DNA of 64,000 nt from Phycisphaerae bacterium (GTDB taxonomy: Bacteria; Planctomycetota; Phycisphaerae; SM23-33), in contig JBAZTO010000005.1 in NCBI GenBank assembly GCA_041661865.1, positions 28,128 through 92,127 on the forward strand, written 5' to 3'. Below, one piece after another: positions 1-10,304 of the stretch. Each line of letters begins with the position of its first letter. Position 1 is the first letter of the stretch. A model generated the notes under the pieces. The model did not search any database. It saw nothing but the letters and a program-made list of their open reading frames with translations, and was not told where the DNA came from. Both the position numbers and the translations under genes were made by a program.

Positions 1-1106
1 ACTTCACCGGCGACTTCGGCAATGCCGCCAGCCGCAACCACGTTTTCGGGTGGCGGGCGGAAGCGGCGGTGGAGAGCGCCCGCGAACAGATCGCGGCCCT
101 GATCGGGGCAACGGGCAAGGACATCGTCTGGACCAGCGGGGCCAGCGAGAGCGACAACCTGGCCATCAAGGGCGTTGCCGGCATGTACCGCGACAAGGGC
201 AACCACATCATCACCAACCTCATCGAGCACAAGGCCGTGATCGACCCCTGCAAGCGACTGGCCGAGCAGGGCTATGAAATCACCTGGCTCAAGCCCGACG
301 CGACGGGCCAGGTCTCGGCCGCCCAGGTGGCCGGCGCCATCACCGACAGGACCATCCTGGTCACCATCATGGCTGCCAACAACGAGATCGGCACGCTCAA
401 TCCGCTGGCCGAGATCGGCCAGGTCACGCGCCAACGGGGCGTGTTGTTCCACAGCGACGCCACGCAGGCGGTGGGCAAGATTCCGATCGACGTCGAGGCT
501 ATGAACCTCGACCTGCTGAGCGTCTCGGCCCACAAGATGTACGGGCCCAAGGGCGTGGGCTGCCTGTACGTGCGGCGGCACAACCCGCGCGTGCGGCTGG
601 TCTGCCAGATGGACGGCGGCGGGCACGAGCGGGGCATGCGGAGCGGCACGCTCAATGTGCCGGGCATCGTCGGCCTGGGCGCGGCGGCGGAGATTTGCGG
701 GCGCGAGATGGCCGAGGAGGCCGCCCGCGAGACGACCCTGCGCGACCGCCTGCAGCGGGGCCTGGAGGCCGGTCTGGATTACGTGCGGCTCAACGGCCAT
801 CCGACCCAGCGCCTGCCCAACACGCTGAACATGTCCTTCGCCTATGTCGAGGGCGAGGCGCTGATGATGAAGATCAAGAACATCGCCGTCTCTTCCGGCT
901 CGGCCTGCACCAGCGCGTCGCTGGAGCCCAGCTATGTCCTGCGGGCCATCGGCGTCAGCGACGACCTGGCCCACAGTTCAATCCGTTTCGGCCTGGGGCG
1001 CTGGACCACGGCCGAGGAGATCGACTACACCATCGAACAGGTGGTCAAGGGCGTTCGGGAGCTTCGGGAACTGAGCCCGCTTTATGACGAGGCCCGCGGG
1101 GCCTAG
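1..1106 (+). CDS. iscS: Cysteine desulfurase IscS, 5'-truncated at the window edge (reading frame starts at position 3)
   Basis: The translation matches the IscS/NifS family over its whole length ([56 protein letters not shown]). The protein continues upstream of position 1. Confidence 0.9.
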   Translation, partial: FTGDFGNAASRNHVFGWRAEAAVESAREQIAALIGATGKDIVWTSGASESDNLAIKGVAGMYRDKGNHIITNLIEHKAVIDPCKRLAEQGYEITWLKPDATGQVSAAQVAGAITDRTILVTIMAANNEIGTLNPLAEIGQVTRQRGVLFHSDATQAVGKIPIDVEAMNLDLLSVSAHKMYGPKGVGCLYVRRHNPRVRLVCQMDGGGHERGMRSGTLNVPGIVGLGAAAEICGREMAEEAARETTLRDRLQRGLEAGLDYVRLNGHPTQRLPNTLNMSFAYVEGEALMMKIKNIAVSSGSACTSASLEPSYVLRAIGVSDDLAHSSIRFGLGRWTTAEEIDYTIEQVVKGVRELRELSPLYDEARGA

Positions 1107-1123
1107 AAACGACAAGGTGAGTT

Positions 1124-1564
1124 ATGCCGTATAGCGACAAGGTCATGGACCATTTCACCAACCCGCGTAACGTCGGCAGCATGGACAAGAACGCTCCGGA
1201 CGTGGGCACCGGCATCGTCGGCGCGCCCGAGTGCGGGGACGTGATGAAGCTCCAGATCCAGGTCAGCGACGACGGGCGGATTCTGGACGCCAAGTTCAAG
1301 ACCTTCGGGTGCGGTTCAGCCATCGCGGCCAGTTCGCTGGCCACCGAGTGGCTCAAGGGCAGAACGGTCGAGCAGGCCACCGAGCTGAAGAACAATGACA
1401 TCGCCACCGAGCTGTCGCTGCCGCCGGTGAAAATTCACTGTTCGGTGCTGGCCGAGGACGCCGTCAAGGCAGCCATCGAGGACTGGAAGCGCAAGAACGG
1501 CAAGGCCGCCGCATCGCAGGCCCCTGCCGCCGCAGCCGAGCCCTCGGCAACGAAGAAAGAATAG
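1124..1564 (+). CDS. iscU: Fe-S cluster assembly scaffold IscU
   Basis: MPYSDKVMDHFTNPRNVG...GAPECGDVMKLQI...FGCGSAIASS is the canonical IscU sequence. It lies directly downstream of iscS. Confidence 0.92.
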   Translation: MPYSDKVMDHFTNPRNVGSMDKNAPDVGTGIVGAPECGDVMKLQIQVSDDGRILDAKFKTFGCGSAIAASSLATEWLKGRTVEQATELKNNDIATELSLPPVKIHCSVLAEDAVKAAIEDWKRKNGKAAASQAPAAAAEPSATKKE

Positions 1565-1611
1565 ACATCCCCGGGACCGATGCCGGGCATGAGTAATCCA
1601 AGGAGTGCATC

Positions 1612-1941
1612 ATGGCGATCACGATGACAGAACGTGCGGTCAAGCAGGTCAAGCGACTCTTCACCGAGGGCGGAATGCCCGAAGAGTCCTGCCTTCGCGT
1701 GGCCATCAAGGGCGGCGGCTGCTCGGGCTTCAATTATTTCCTCAGCGTGGCCACCGCGCCGGCCGACGAGGACGAAGTCTTCACCTGCCAGGAGGTGCGG
1801 CTGCTGTGCGACCCCAAGAGCTACCTGTATCTCAACGGGACCGAGATCGACTACGACGACTCGCTGATGAGCCGCGGATTCGTCTTCAAGAACCCCAACG
1901 CCAAGAACAGTTGCTCGTGCGGGGCGAGCTTCTCGGCCTGA
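1612..1941 (+). CDS. iscA: Iron-sulfur cluster insertion protein IscA/ErpA (HesB family)
   Basis: It has the HesB-family motif GGGCSGFNY and a C-terminal CSCGASF, and it is 109 aa long. Confidence 0.88.
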   Translation: MAITMTERAVKQVKRLFTEGGMPEESCLRVAIKGGGCSGFNYFLSVATAPADEDEVFTCQEVRLLCDPKSYLYLNGTEIDYDDSLMSRGFVFKNPNAKNSCSCGASFSA

Positions 1942-1958
1942 TGATCGAGGAAAACAGC

Positions 1959-2594
1959 ATGGATGAAACCGACCGCCAGGCTCCGCTCGTCAAGTGCCGC
2001 TTGTGCAGCAAGCCCATGGCCGAAGTTCTGGTGTGCGACTACTGCCACAGCCTCAATCCCGACGCAGCCACCATGGACCATTTCACGCTGCTGGGCCTGC
2101 CCCGCCAGTTCGACCTGGACGAGGAGACGATCCGCGCCAAGTTCCTGGCCCTCAATCGCGAGGCCCATCCCGACTTTCACATGGATCAGTCCGACGAGGT
2201 GCAACTGCTGGCCATGCAGATGTCCTCGGCCATCAACAACGCCTACCGCGCCCTTCGCGAGCCGGCTTCGCGGGCGGCCTACATGCTCGAACTGCTGGGC
2301 GGCAAGAGTTCCGCCGACGACAAGTCCGTGCCCGAGGGTTTCCTCTCGACGATCCTGATGCTCCAGGAGGCACTGGCCGAGGCCAAGGCCGGCGGCGACC
2401 AGGCCGAGTTGGAGCGGATGGGCGCCGTGCTCCGCACCCAGCATGACGGGCTGTTGCATCGGATCGCCGGGCTCTTTGGCGAGTTGGAGGAAGCCGCCGC
2501 CTGCCCTGCCGTGCGCCAGGATCTGCTGAGCGAACTCCGCCGGCAGATCAATGCCGTCTCCTACGTCAAGAAGCTGCTGTCGCAGGTGAATTGA
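1959..2594 (+). CDS. hscB: Co-chaperone HscB (J-domain) with an N-terminal CxxC...CxxC zinc-finger; alternative start at 1941
   Basis: It has a J-domain-like [32 protein letters not shown] segment preceded by CRLC...CDYC. It sits between iscA and hscA. Confidence 0.75.
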   Translation: MDETDRQAPLVKCRLCSKPMAEVLVCDYCHSLNPDAATMDHFTLLGLPRQFDLDEETIRAKFLALNREAHPDFHMDQSDEVQLLAMQMSSAINNAYRALREPASRAAYMLELLGGKSSADDKSVPEGFLSTILMLQEALAEAKAGGDQAELERMGAVLRTQHDGLLHRIAGLFGELEEAAACPAVRQDLLSELRRQINAVSYVKKLLSQVN

Positions 2595-2595
2595 C

Positions 2596-4413
2596 ATGCC
2601 CCCCATCCTCGGAATCGACCTTGGCACGACCAACTCGCTGGCGGCCTACATGACGCCCGCCGGCCCGCGCATCGTCCGCGACGCCGCCGGCAACGCCCTG
2701 GTGCCCAGCGTGATCGCCTTCGCCTCCGGCGTGACCGTCGGCAGCGGCGCCCGCGCGCACGCCGTCGAGAACCCCCTGCGGACGGTCTACTCGGTCAAGC
2801 GGCTGATGGGCAAGGGCATCGACGACATTCACGACGACCTGAAATACCTGGCCTACCCGGTGACCAGCGGCCGGGGCGGGATCGTCTGCGTCAACGTGGA
2901 CGGGCGCGAGATGACGCCGCAGGAACTCTCAGCCATCATTCTGCGGGAGGTCAAGTCGCGGGCCGAGGCGGCCCTGGGCGAGACCATCACGCAGGCGGTC
3001 ATCACCGTGCCGGCGTACTTCGACGACAGCCAGCGGCAGGCCACCCGCGACGCGGGCCGGATTGCCGGGCTGGACGTCCGCCGCATCGTCAACGAGCCCA
3101 CCGCGGCGGCCCTGGCCTACGGGCTCGACCGCAAGGACGACGCCACCATCGCGGTGTACGACCTGGGCGGCGGGACCTTCGACGTCTCGATCCTGCGCGT
3201 GGCCGGCGGGGTCTTCCAGGTGCTCTCCACCGACGGCGACACGCACCTGGGCGGCGACGACCTGGACATGGAACTGATGGACCTGATTATCGGCGAGATT
3301 CGCAAGCGTTTCGGCGCCGGCCTGGAGTTCCCCCCTGCCACGCGGCAGGCGTTGCGGAACTTCGCCGAGGCGACCAAGATTCGCCTGTCCACCGAGGATC
3401 GCGCGACGGTGGAAGTGGACCTGGGCGGCGGCCGGCGTTTCGAGCGCGTGATTACGCGGGCGGAGTTCGAGGCCCGGGCAGGCCAGTGGATCGACCGCAC
3501 CCTCGGGCATTGTCGCGCCGCCCTGGCGGCTGCGGGCGTCAAGCCCAGCCAGATCGACCAGGTCGTCATGGTCGGCGGCTGCACGCGCATCCCGCTGGTC
3601 CTGGCCAAGGTGGGCGATTTCTTCGGCCGCACGCCCTACACGGCCATCAATCCCGACGAGGTGGTGGCGCTGGGGGCGGCCGTGCAGGCGGGCATCCTGG
3701 CCGGCCTGCAGCGCGACACGCTGCTGCTGGACGTCACGCCGCTGTCGCTGGGCATCGAGACTCTCGGCGGGGCGATGGGCAAGCTCATCATGCGCAACAG
3801 CACCGTGCCCTGCCAGGCCGGTGAGACCTTCACCACCTACGTCGACGGCCAGACGTCGGTGGATATCCACGTGCTCCAGGGCGAGCGCGAACTGGCCCGC
3901 GACTGCCGCAGCCTGGGGCGTTTCCAGCTCAAGGGCATCCCGGCCATGCCGGCGGGCATGCCGAGAATCCAGGTCGCCTTCCTCATCGACGCCAACGGGA
4001 TTCTCAACGTCTCAGCCCGCGAGCTTCGCAGCGGCAAGGCGGCGGCGGTTCAGATCACCCCCGCCCACGGCCTGACGCGCGAGGAGGTCACGGCCATGGT
4101 CAAGGACTCCTATGTCCACGCCGTCGAGGACCTGACGGCCCACCGGATGATCGACCTTCGCAACGAGGCCCATCGCGTGCTGGCCGCCATCGACAAGGCA
4201 TTGGCCGGCGCGCCGGGGGTACTCACCGCGCCGCAGCGGGCGGCGCTGGACGCGGCAGTGGCGGATGTGAAGGCCAGGATGGAAGGAACCGAGCCGGACG
4301 ATCTCTACGCGGCCATGCGTGCAGCCAATGACGCCGCCGCCCCGCTCACCCAGGCCCAGATGGACGAAGTCCTGCGAAAAACCGCGGTGGGCAAGAAGAT
4401 CGACGAGTTCTAG
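2596..4413 (+). CDS. hscA: Fe-S protein assembly chaperone HscA (Hsp70 family)
   Basis: [26 protein letters not shown] and the overall Hsp70 architecture are present. It is 605 aa and last in the isc operon. Confidence 0.9.
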   Translation: MPPILGIDLGTTNSLAAYMTPAGPRIVRDAAGNALVPSVIAFASGVTVGSGARAHAVENPLRTVYSVKRLMGKGIDDIHDDLKYLAYPVTSGRGGIVCVNVDGREMTPQELSAIILREVKSRAEAALGETITQAVITVPAYFDDSQRQATRDAGRIAGLDVRRIVNEPTAAALAYGLDRKDDATIAVYDLGGGTFDVSILRVAGGVFQVLSTDGDTHLGGDDLDMELMDLIIGEIRKRFGAGLEFPPATRQALRNFAEATKIRLSTEDRATVEVDLGGGRRFERVITRAEFEARAGQWIDRTLGHCRAALAAAGVKPSQIDQVVMVGGCTRIPLVLAKVGDFFGRTPYTAINPDEVVALGAAVQAGILAGLQRDTLLLDVTPLSLGIETLGGAMGKLIMRNSTVPCQAGETFTTYVDGQTSVDIHVLQGERELARDCRSLGRFQLKGIPAMPAGMPRIQVAFLIDANGILNVSARELRSGKAAAVQITPAHGLTREEVTAMVKDSYVHAVEDLTAHRMIDLRNEAHRVLAAIDKALAGAPGVLTAPQRAALDAAVADVKARMEGTEPDDLYAAMRAANDAAAPLTQAQMDEVLRKTAVGKKIDEF

Positions 4414-4506
4414 CAGGTCGGCGCCTGGGCGAACTAGCCGCGAGCGTAAAGCGAGCGGTGTCTTGTCAGTCAACTGACGGCAGTTTGCGAACCCCAACTC
4501 GCGATT

Positions 4507-6315
4507 CTACTCTTCGCCCACTTCCAGCACGGCCAGGAACGCCTTCTGCGGGATTTCGACGTTGCCGACCATCTTCATCCGCTTCTTGCCTTCCTTTTGC
4601 TTCTCCAGCAGCTTGCGTTTTCGGCTGATGTCGCCGCCGTAGCACTTGGCCGTCACGTTCTTGCCCACGGCCTTGATGGTCTCGCGGGCAATCACGCGCG
4701 AACCGATGGCCGCCTGGAGCGGGATCTCGAACAGGTGGCGGGCGATCTCCTTCCGCAGGCGGGTGATCAGCCGCCGCCCGCGCACCTCGGCCATGTCGCG
4801 GTGGCAGATGAACGACAGCGCGTCGACGCGGTTGCCGTTGACCAGGATGTCCAGCTTCACCAGGTCGTTGGCGCGGAAGCCGATCAGCTCGTAATCCATC
4901 GTGCCGTAGCCGCGCGTGGCGGACTTGAGCTTGTCGTAGAAGTCGTAGATGATCTCCGCCAGCGGGAACTCGTAGGCCAGGATCACCCGGTCGGCCGAGA
5001 GGTGCTCCTGGGTCTTGTAGGTCGCGCGGCGTTCCTCGGCCAGCTTCATCACCGAGCCGATGGAATCGCCCGGGACGATCAGGTCCACGCGGACCATCGG
5101 CTCGCGGATTTCCTCGATGTAGTTGGGCTCGGGCAGCTCGCCGGCCGAGTCCACCATGAGCGTGGACTTGTCGGTCTTGAGCACCTCGTAGGGCACCGTC
5201 GGGGCCGTCTGCACGACCTCGACATTGTGCTCGCGCTCCAGCCGCTCCTGGACGATCTCCATGTGCAGCATGCCCAGAAAGCCGCAGCGGAAACCAAAGC
5301 CCAAGGCCTCGGAGTTAATGGCTGCAAAGGTCAGCGAGGCGTCGTTGAGCTGGAGCTTTTCCAGCGCGTCGCGCAGTTGGGGGAACTGCGTGGTCGGGCC
5401 GGGATAGAAGTCGCAGAAGACCATCTGCTGGGGCGGGCGATAGCCGGGCCACTGCTCGCCGGCGGGACGGTTGGCCAGCGTGACCGTGTCGCCCACGTGC
5501 ACGTCGGCGATGGTGCGGATGTTGGCCACCATGAAGCCCACTTCCCCGCAGCCCAGCGACGGCACGCTCGTGGCGAACGGGCAGAACTTGCCCATGTCGG
5601 AAATCTGGTAGACCCCGCCGGTGCCCATCATCCTGATCTTGTCGCCGACCTTGAGCTGGCCGTCGAAAACGCGGACGTAAACCACCACGCCGCGATAATC
5701 GTCGTAGGCACTGTCGAAGATCAGGGCCTTGGTCGGCCCGTCCGGGTCGCCCGAGGGCGGCGGAAGCTGATGAACGATGGCCTCCATCATGTCGTCGATG
5801 CCCGCGCCGGTCTTGGCCGAGGCGAAAATGCAATCCTCCGCCGGCGTGGCCAGAAGGTGCTCGACCTGCATGGCCGTGTCTTCCGGGCGCGCCGAGGGCA
5901 GGTCGATCTTGTTGATCACCGGCACGATCTTGAGGTTGTTCTTGCCGGCCAGGTGGGCATTGGCGACCGTCTGGGCCTCGACGCCCTGGGCGGCATCGAC
6001 CACCAGCAGCGCCCCCTCGCAGGCCGTCAGCGCCCGGCTGACCTCGTAGTGAAAGTCCACGTGGCCGGGGGTGTCGATGAGGTTGAGCATGTACGTCTGC
6101 CCGCCCGACTCGTAGGCGATGGTGACGGCCGAGGCCTTGATGGTGATGCCCCGCTCGCGCTCGAGGTCCATGTCGTCCAGCAGTTGCTCGCGCATCTGAC
6201 GCTGGGTGATGGCCCCGGTGCGAACCAGCATCCTGTCGGCCAGGGTGCTCTTGCCGTGGTCAATGTGGGCAATGATGCTGAAGTTGCGAATGTACTTCTG
6301 GTCCATTCCGGCCAT
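4507..6315 (-). CDS. lepA: Elongation factor 4 (LepA). The ORF extends in-frame to 6492, but homology begins at MAGMDQKYIRNFSIIAHIDHGKST
   Basis: It has the LepA GTPase N-terminus and the full-length domain order, ~603 aa from the ATG at 6315. Confidence 0.9.
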   Translation of the reverse strand: MAGMDQKYIRNFSIIAHIDHGKSTLADRMLVRTGAITQRQMREQLLDDMDLERERGITIKASAVTIAYESGGQTYMLNLIDTPGHVDFHYEVSRALTACEGALLVVDAAQGVEAQTVANAHLAGKNNLKIVPVINKIDLPSARPEDTAMQVEHLLATPAEDCIFASAKTGAGIDDMMEAIVHQLPPPSGDPDGPTKALIFDSAYDDYRGVVVYVRVFDGQLKVGDKIRMMGTGGVYQISDMGKFCPFATSVPSLGCGEVGFMVANIRTIADVHVGDTVTLANRPAGEQWPGYRPPQQMVFCDFYPGPTTQFPQLRDALEKLQLNDASLTFAAINSEALGFGFRCGFLGMLHMEIVQERLEREHNVEVVQTAPTVPYEVLKTDKSTLMVDSAGELPEPNYIEEIREPMVRVDLIVPGDSIGSVMKLAEERRATYKTQEHLSADRVILAYEFPLAEIIYDFYDKLKSATRGYGTMDYELIGFRANDLVKLDILVNGNRVDALSFICHRDMAEVRGRRLITRLRKEIARHLFEIPLQAAIGSRVIARETIKAVGKNVTAKCYGGDISRKRKLLEKQKEGKKRMKMVGNVEIPQKAFLAVLEVGEE

Positions 6316-6495
6316 TGTACAGCCGCGACGCGCCCAAACAAGGGGCGGGTTTGGGAATGTCGCCAGTGGCGAAGCTACCGCAGGTCGGAAAGGACGCTGT
6401 CCGACGAACTCCCAACGCCTCCGCGGCCGTCTGTGGGCTGGCAACATTCCCCGGCACTGCGGCCCAAGAGTGAGGAACATTTTTCTCGACATTCC

Positions 6496-6597
6496 TGTTG
6501 ACGCTCTGTTTCATGATGTCTATTATACGTTATAGTATTTTCTCACAGTGTATCGTTACTACTATAGTCTACTGTGCAAACACAAAGGGAGAACGTC
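6496..6597. promoter_or_regulatory. AT-rich divergent intergenic region between lepA (minus) and the HTH-GspE gene (plus)
   Basis: A local GC drop (ttattatacgttatagtattttctcacagtgtatcgttactactatagtctactgtg) with a tatagt/tactat repeat and a GGGAG RBS before the ATG at 6598. Confidence 0.5.
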
Positions 6598-8154
6598 ATG
6601 GCCGCCAAGAAACCCGCCAGGAAAGCATCCGGGCAGTCACCGACCCAGCCCCCCACCAAGCCGGCCAAGGTCGCCAACAGTGGGCCGCCTGCCAAGTCCG
6701 GCGACTTGCTGGAGATGGCCGACGCGATCGCCATGCTCAAGACGACCCGGCCGACGTTCTACCGTTGGCTGCGCGAGGGGAGGTTCCGCGGCATGAAGGT
6801 CGGGCGACAGTGGCGTTTCGAGCGAGGCGAGATTGATCGCTTCCTGCGGGGCGAGGAGCCGCGGATCGAGCTGCGCGGCGACATGAAGCCCCTGCTCAAG
6901 ACCTTGGAAGATCGTGCCAGGACGCACGGCATCAAGGCCACCTCGCTGCCGGCGGACAACGATGTCCAGCGGGCACTGAAGCTGATGCTGGAGTTGGGTG
7001 CGGCCATGGCTAGCGACTTCCATCTCTCGCCGCACATGTCGGAATCCTCTGACACCCGTATCGCGCACCTGCGTTACCGCATCGACGGCGTTCTCTACAC
7101 CATCGCACAGTTCGATGTGCGGTTGCTGCCGCCCATTATTGAACAATGGAAAATCGCCGCACGCATGAATCTTCACGAGTCGCGGCCCCAGGATGGAAGG
7201 CTGACTTTCAACGTGGCCGGCGAGTCCAAACCCGTGGACGTGCGGGTCTGTATCGTGCCCACGCAGATGGGCGATTCGCTGACGGCGCGAGTCCTGCGCG
7301 CCGATGCCACAGCCATCGCATTGGACAAGATCGACTACTCGCCGCGCGACCGCGAGAAAATACTCCGCGCGCTGCATCGGCCCTGGGGACTAATCCTCGT
7401 CACCGGGCCTACCGGCTGCGGAAAGACCACGGCGCTGTATTCATGCCTCTCGCATTACATAAGTCCCGAAGTCAAGATCATGACCATCGAGGATCCCGTG
7501 GAGTTCTCTTTCCCCTGGATGGAGCAGGTGTCGGTGAATCCAAAGGAGGGCGTGTCCTTCGCCTCGGCCATACGGGCGTTCCTGCGGTCGGCGCCCAACA
7601 TCATCATGGTAGGAGAAATCCGCGATCTCGATGTGCTGGGCATCTGCCAGCAAGCGGCGCTGACCGGCCACATGGTCCTGACGACATTGCACGCCGAGGA
7701 TGCCGTCAAGGCCCTTCAGCGGATGCTGGAGATGGGCAGCCCGCCCTTCCTGGTGGCCGACTGCACAAGACTTATCATCTCCCAACGTCTGGTCCGAAGG
7801 CTTTGCCCCTCCTGTAGCGTGAAGGCGGAACCGCCCGCGGCCACACTGCGGAAGGCCGAAACGCTCGCACGCTCGGGCGGGGTCGACTGGGACGCCATCG
7901 GGCATGATTTCCGCAAGGCCGTCGGCTGCATTAAGTGCAGGAAGCTGGGTTATATGGGCCGCAACGTCATCGCCGAAGTTCTCGAGATGACCCCCCAGAT
8001 TGCCGAGGCCCTGCGGCGGAAAGCGTCGCTGGACGAGTTGCGGACCATCGCCGTCGGTGAGGGAATGACCACGATGGCCGCTGACGGTGTGCGAAAGGCC
8101 GCCGCCGGTCTGACCACGCTGGATGAAGTCCTTGGGACGCTGTCGATCCTGTAG
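6598..8154 (+). CDS. GspE/PilB-type secretion ATPase with an N-terminal excisionase/MerR-like HTH DNA-binding domain
   Basis: The N-terminus DLLEMADAIAMLKTTRPTFYRWLREGRFRGMKVGRQWRFERGEIDRFL is an HTH_17-like domain. The C-terminal part has Walker A LILVTGPTGCGKTT, Asp-box MTIEDPVEF, and IMVGEIRD. Confidence 0.8.
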   Translation: MAAKKPARKASGQSPTQPPTKPAKVANSGPPAKSGDLLEMADAIAMLKTTRPTFYRWLREGRFRGMKVGRQWRFERGEIDRFLRGEEPRIELRGDMKPLLKTLEDRARTHGIKATSLPADNDVQRALKLMLELGAAMASDFHLSPHMSESSDTRIAHLRYRIDGVLYTIAQFDVRLLPPIIEQWKIAARMNLHESRPQDGRLTFNVAGESKPVDVRVCIVPTQMGDSLTARVLRADATAIALDKIDYSPRDREKILRALHRPWGLILVTGPTGCGKTTALYSCLSHYISPEVKIMTIEDPVEFSFPWMEQVSVNPKEGVSFASAIRAFLRSAPNIIMVGEIRDLDVLGICQQAALTGHMVLTTLHAEDAVKALQRMLEMGSPPFLVADCTRLIISQRLVRRLCPSCSVKAEPPAATLRKAETLARSGGVDWDAIGHDFRKAVGCIKCRKLGYMGRNVIAEVLEMTPQIAEALRRKASLDELRTIAVGEGMTTMAADGVRKAAAGLTTLDEVLGTLSIL

Positions 8155-8228
8155 CGAGGCGGGCGGCGGCGGGATATCATCAGCACGCGCGGCCGGTTGG
8201 CCGTAATAGCGACTAGCTCTGTCGCTCG

Positions 8229-8320
8229 TCAAACGATGGATCGGGTGCCACTGCTGCGGTGTTTGCAGCAGTGTCGACGCTATGCACGGCTGCACACGAC
8301 GCAGCCGTGGCACCCATCGC
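8229..8320. repeat. Left copy of a ~92-bp structured repeat with two internal hairpins; its inverted partner is at 10305-10394
   Basis: It is ~90% identical to the reverse complement of 10305-10394. It contains internal palindromes CTGCTGC-N7-GCAGCAG and CACGGCTGC-N7-GCAGCCGTG. Confidence 0.8.
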
Positions 8321-10274
8321 TTCATCTGCGACAGAGCACCAAAGGCGCTCGCGGCGTCACGATACCCAGGTGTGCGTGCCCAGGAACAGCGACACATTGC
8401 AGGTCGTGCCACAAACAGGCCCCAGAACCGTCGTGATCGCGGCGGCGCTGGTGACGTTGACGCTGGCTGCGTACGCTTCGGTGCTGGCCTGGGGCGGGTT
8501 TGTCTGGGACGACAACCTCCTGCTGACGGAGAACCGCGTCATCGCCTCCCCCGACGGCCTGGGCTTGTTCTGGGCCGCCGGAAAGTCCTTCGACTACCTC
8601 CCGCTGACCTGGAGCACGCTGTGGCTGGAGTGGCGGGCCTGGGGCGCCAGCCCCACCGGCTACCACGTGACCAATGTGCTCCTCCACGCCGCCAGCGTCG
8701 TCATGGTCTACCTACTGCTGCGGAGGCTCAAGGTCCCCGGCGCGATCCTGGCCGCGGCGATCTTCGCCGTCCACCCGGTCAACGTCGCCTCGGTGGCCTG
8801 GATCAGTGAGCGGAAGAACACGCTCTCGATGCTCCTGTACCTGCTGACGATCCTGGCGTTCCTGCGGTTTGATGATCGGCGTCGATGGACCGACTACGGC
8901 CTGGCCCTGCTGCTCTTTGCCGCCGCGCTGCTGTCGAAAAGCTCGGTGGTCTGTGCCCCGCTGGTGCTGGCGGCGATCCTGTGGTGGCGTCACAGCCGGC
9001 TCGCCTGGCGCGGTCTGCTGGCCGTCGCGCCCTTCCTGCTGCTCTCCGTGGCGGGCGCGATCGTGACGGTACACTTCCAGAACACCCAGGCCATCGGCGA
9101 GAGCACGCCCCGGCCTGAGGGGTTCCTCTCGCGCCTGGCCGTGGCGGGCATGGCCCCGTGGTTCTACCTATCCAAAGACCTGCTGCCGACGAACCTGGCG
9201 ATGATCTACCCGCGATGGACGGTCGCCGGGGACAGCGTCAGGGACTTTCTCCCCGGCCTGGCCATCCTCGCGGGCCTGGCCGCCCTGGTGATGCTCCGCA
9301 AAAAGCCCTGGGCCCGCGCGACGCTGCTGGCGGCGGTGTACTTCCTGCTCAGCCTGCTGCCGGTGCTGGGCTTCCTACAGATGTCCTTCCACGAGCACTC
9401 GCTGGTGGCTGACCACTGGCAATACCTGGCCATCCTGGGGCCCATCGCGCTGCTGTCGGCGGCGGCGTGGCGTTTCGCCTCGCGACTGCCCCGCGAGGGT
9501 CTCCGTCTGCTTTGCGTCGCCGGATTTAGCCTGATCGTCGCGATCCTGACGCTGCTGACCTGGCGGCAGGGACTGGCCTACCGCAACGCCAATGCCCTGT
9601 GGACCGACACGCTGAAGGCCAACCCCGCTTGCCCTGAGGCCTACTACGACCTCGGCCGAAGCATCAGCACCTCCGGCCTAGCCGACCGCTCGGTGGTTTA
9701 CTTCCTCAAGGCCATCGAGCTCCGCCCGCGATACTCCGAGGCCCACAACAACCTCGGGTACGACTACGTCACGCTGGGCATGACGGAGCTGGCGGCAGAG
9801 CATTTCGCCAGGGCGGTGGAATTCAATCCCTCCAACATCGAGGCCCGTTTCAACCTCGCCCAGACCCTGTGCGATCTGGGACGAACGAAGGAGGCGGCTG
9901 GGCAGTACCGCGAACTAAGCCGCCAGACCTCCAACTGGCTCGCCCGCCCGATGGCCAACTTCGCCAGAATCCTGGCCAGCGCCGACGATCCCTCCGAGCG
10001 AAACGGCGCCGAGGCGCTGCGATGGGCCCGGCGGGCCTGCCAGGTCAACAAGTATCAGAACCCGATGTATCTGGACACCCTTGCCATGGCCCTGGCCGAG
10101 ACGGGGCAATTCGACCAGGCTGTGCAGACCGCCAACCAGGCCCGCTCGATCGCCCAGCAAACCGGAAAGGCCAGCCTGGCCGGGGAAGTGTCCGCGCGGA
10201 TCGAACTGTACCGCCAGCATCGGCCCTATCGAGAGGGACGACCACAGACGCAACCGGCCCGGCAAGTTCCCTAG
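8259..10274 (+). CDS. TMTC/PMT-like GT-C membrane glycosyltransferase with C-terminal TPR repeats. The start is uncertain: the ATG at 8259 lies inside the repeat, and GTG at 8432 is an alternative
   Basis: It has multiple TM helices, an FVWDD motif near the N-terminus (the DD motif of GT-C O-mannosyltransferase-like enzymes), and C-terminal TPR-like repeats (AYYDLGRS, AHNNLGY, ARFNLAQ). Confidence 0.65.
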   Translation: MFAAVSTLCTAAHDAAVAPIASSATEHQRRSRRHDTQVCVPRNSDTLQVVPQTGPRTVVIAAALVTLTLAAYASVLAWGGFVWDDNLLLTENRVIASPDGLGLFWAAGKSFDYLPLTWSTLWLEWRAWGASPTGYHVTNVLLHAASVVMVYLLLRRLKVPGAILAAAIFAVHPVNVASVAWISERKNTLSMLLYLLTILAFLRFDDRRRWTDYGLALLLFAAALLSKSSVVCAPLVLAAILWWRHSRLAWRGLLAVAPFLLLSVAGAIVTVHFQNTQAIGESTPRPEGFLSRLAVAGMAPWFYLSKDLLPTNLAMIYPRWTVAGDSVRDFLPGLAILAGLAALVMLRKKPWARATLLAAVYFLLSLLPVLGFLQMSFHEHSLVADHWQYLAILGPIALLSAAAWRFASRLPREGLRLLCVAGFSLIVAILTLLTWRQGLAYRNANALWTDTLKANPACPEAYYDLGRSISTSGLADRSVVYFLKAIELRPRYSEAHNNLGYDYVTLGMTELAAEHFARAVEFNPSNIEARFNLAQTLCDLGRTKEAAGQYRELSRQTSNWLARPMANFARILASADDPSERNGAEALRWARRACQVNKYQNPMYLDTLAMALAETGQFDQAVQTANQARSIAQQTGKASLAGEVSARIELYRQHRPYREGRPQTQPARQVP

Positions 10275-10304
10275 CGGCGTCAGTATTGAACCTGCGATTT
10301 GGGT

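Noticed and set aside
4597-6501. 634-aa plus-strand ORF antisense to lepA, and similar long antisense ORFs (2929..3870-, 38272..39963-, 17979..19076+, 19560..20603+, 60410..62140-, 10453..11313+)
   Set aside because: At ~65% GC, stop-free antisense frames are expected. These are Arg/Gly/Pro/His-rich with no motifs. The opposite strands carry clear homologs, signal peptides or repeat architecture.
8197-8436. ORFs 8197..8436(+), 9915..10400(-) and 10045..10365(-) encoding MDRxPLLRCLQQC.. and MFAAVS..TAAHDAAVAP peptides
   Set aside because: The identical peptides arise because the ORFs run through the two copies of the inverted repeat. This is a DNA repeat and not paralogous genes.
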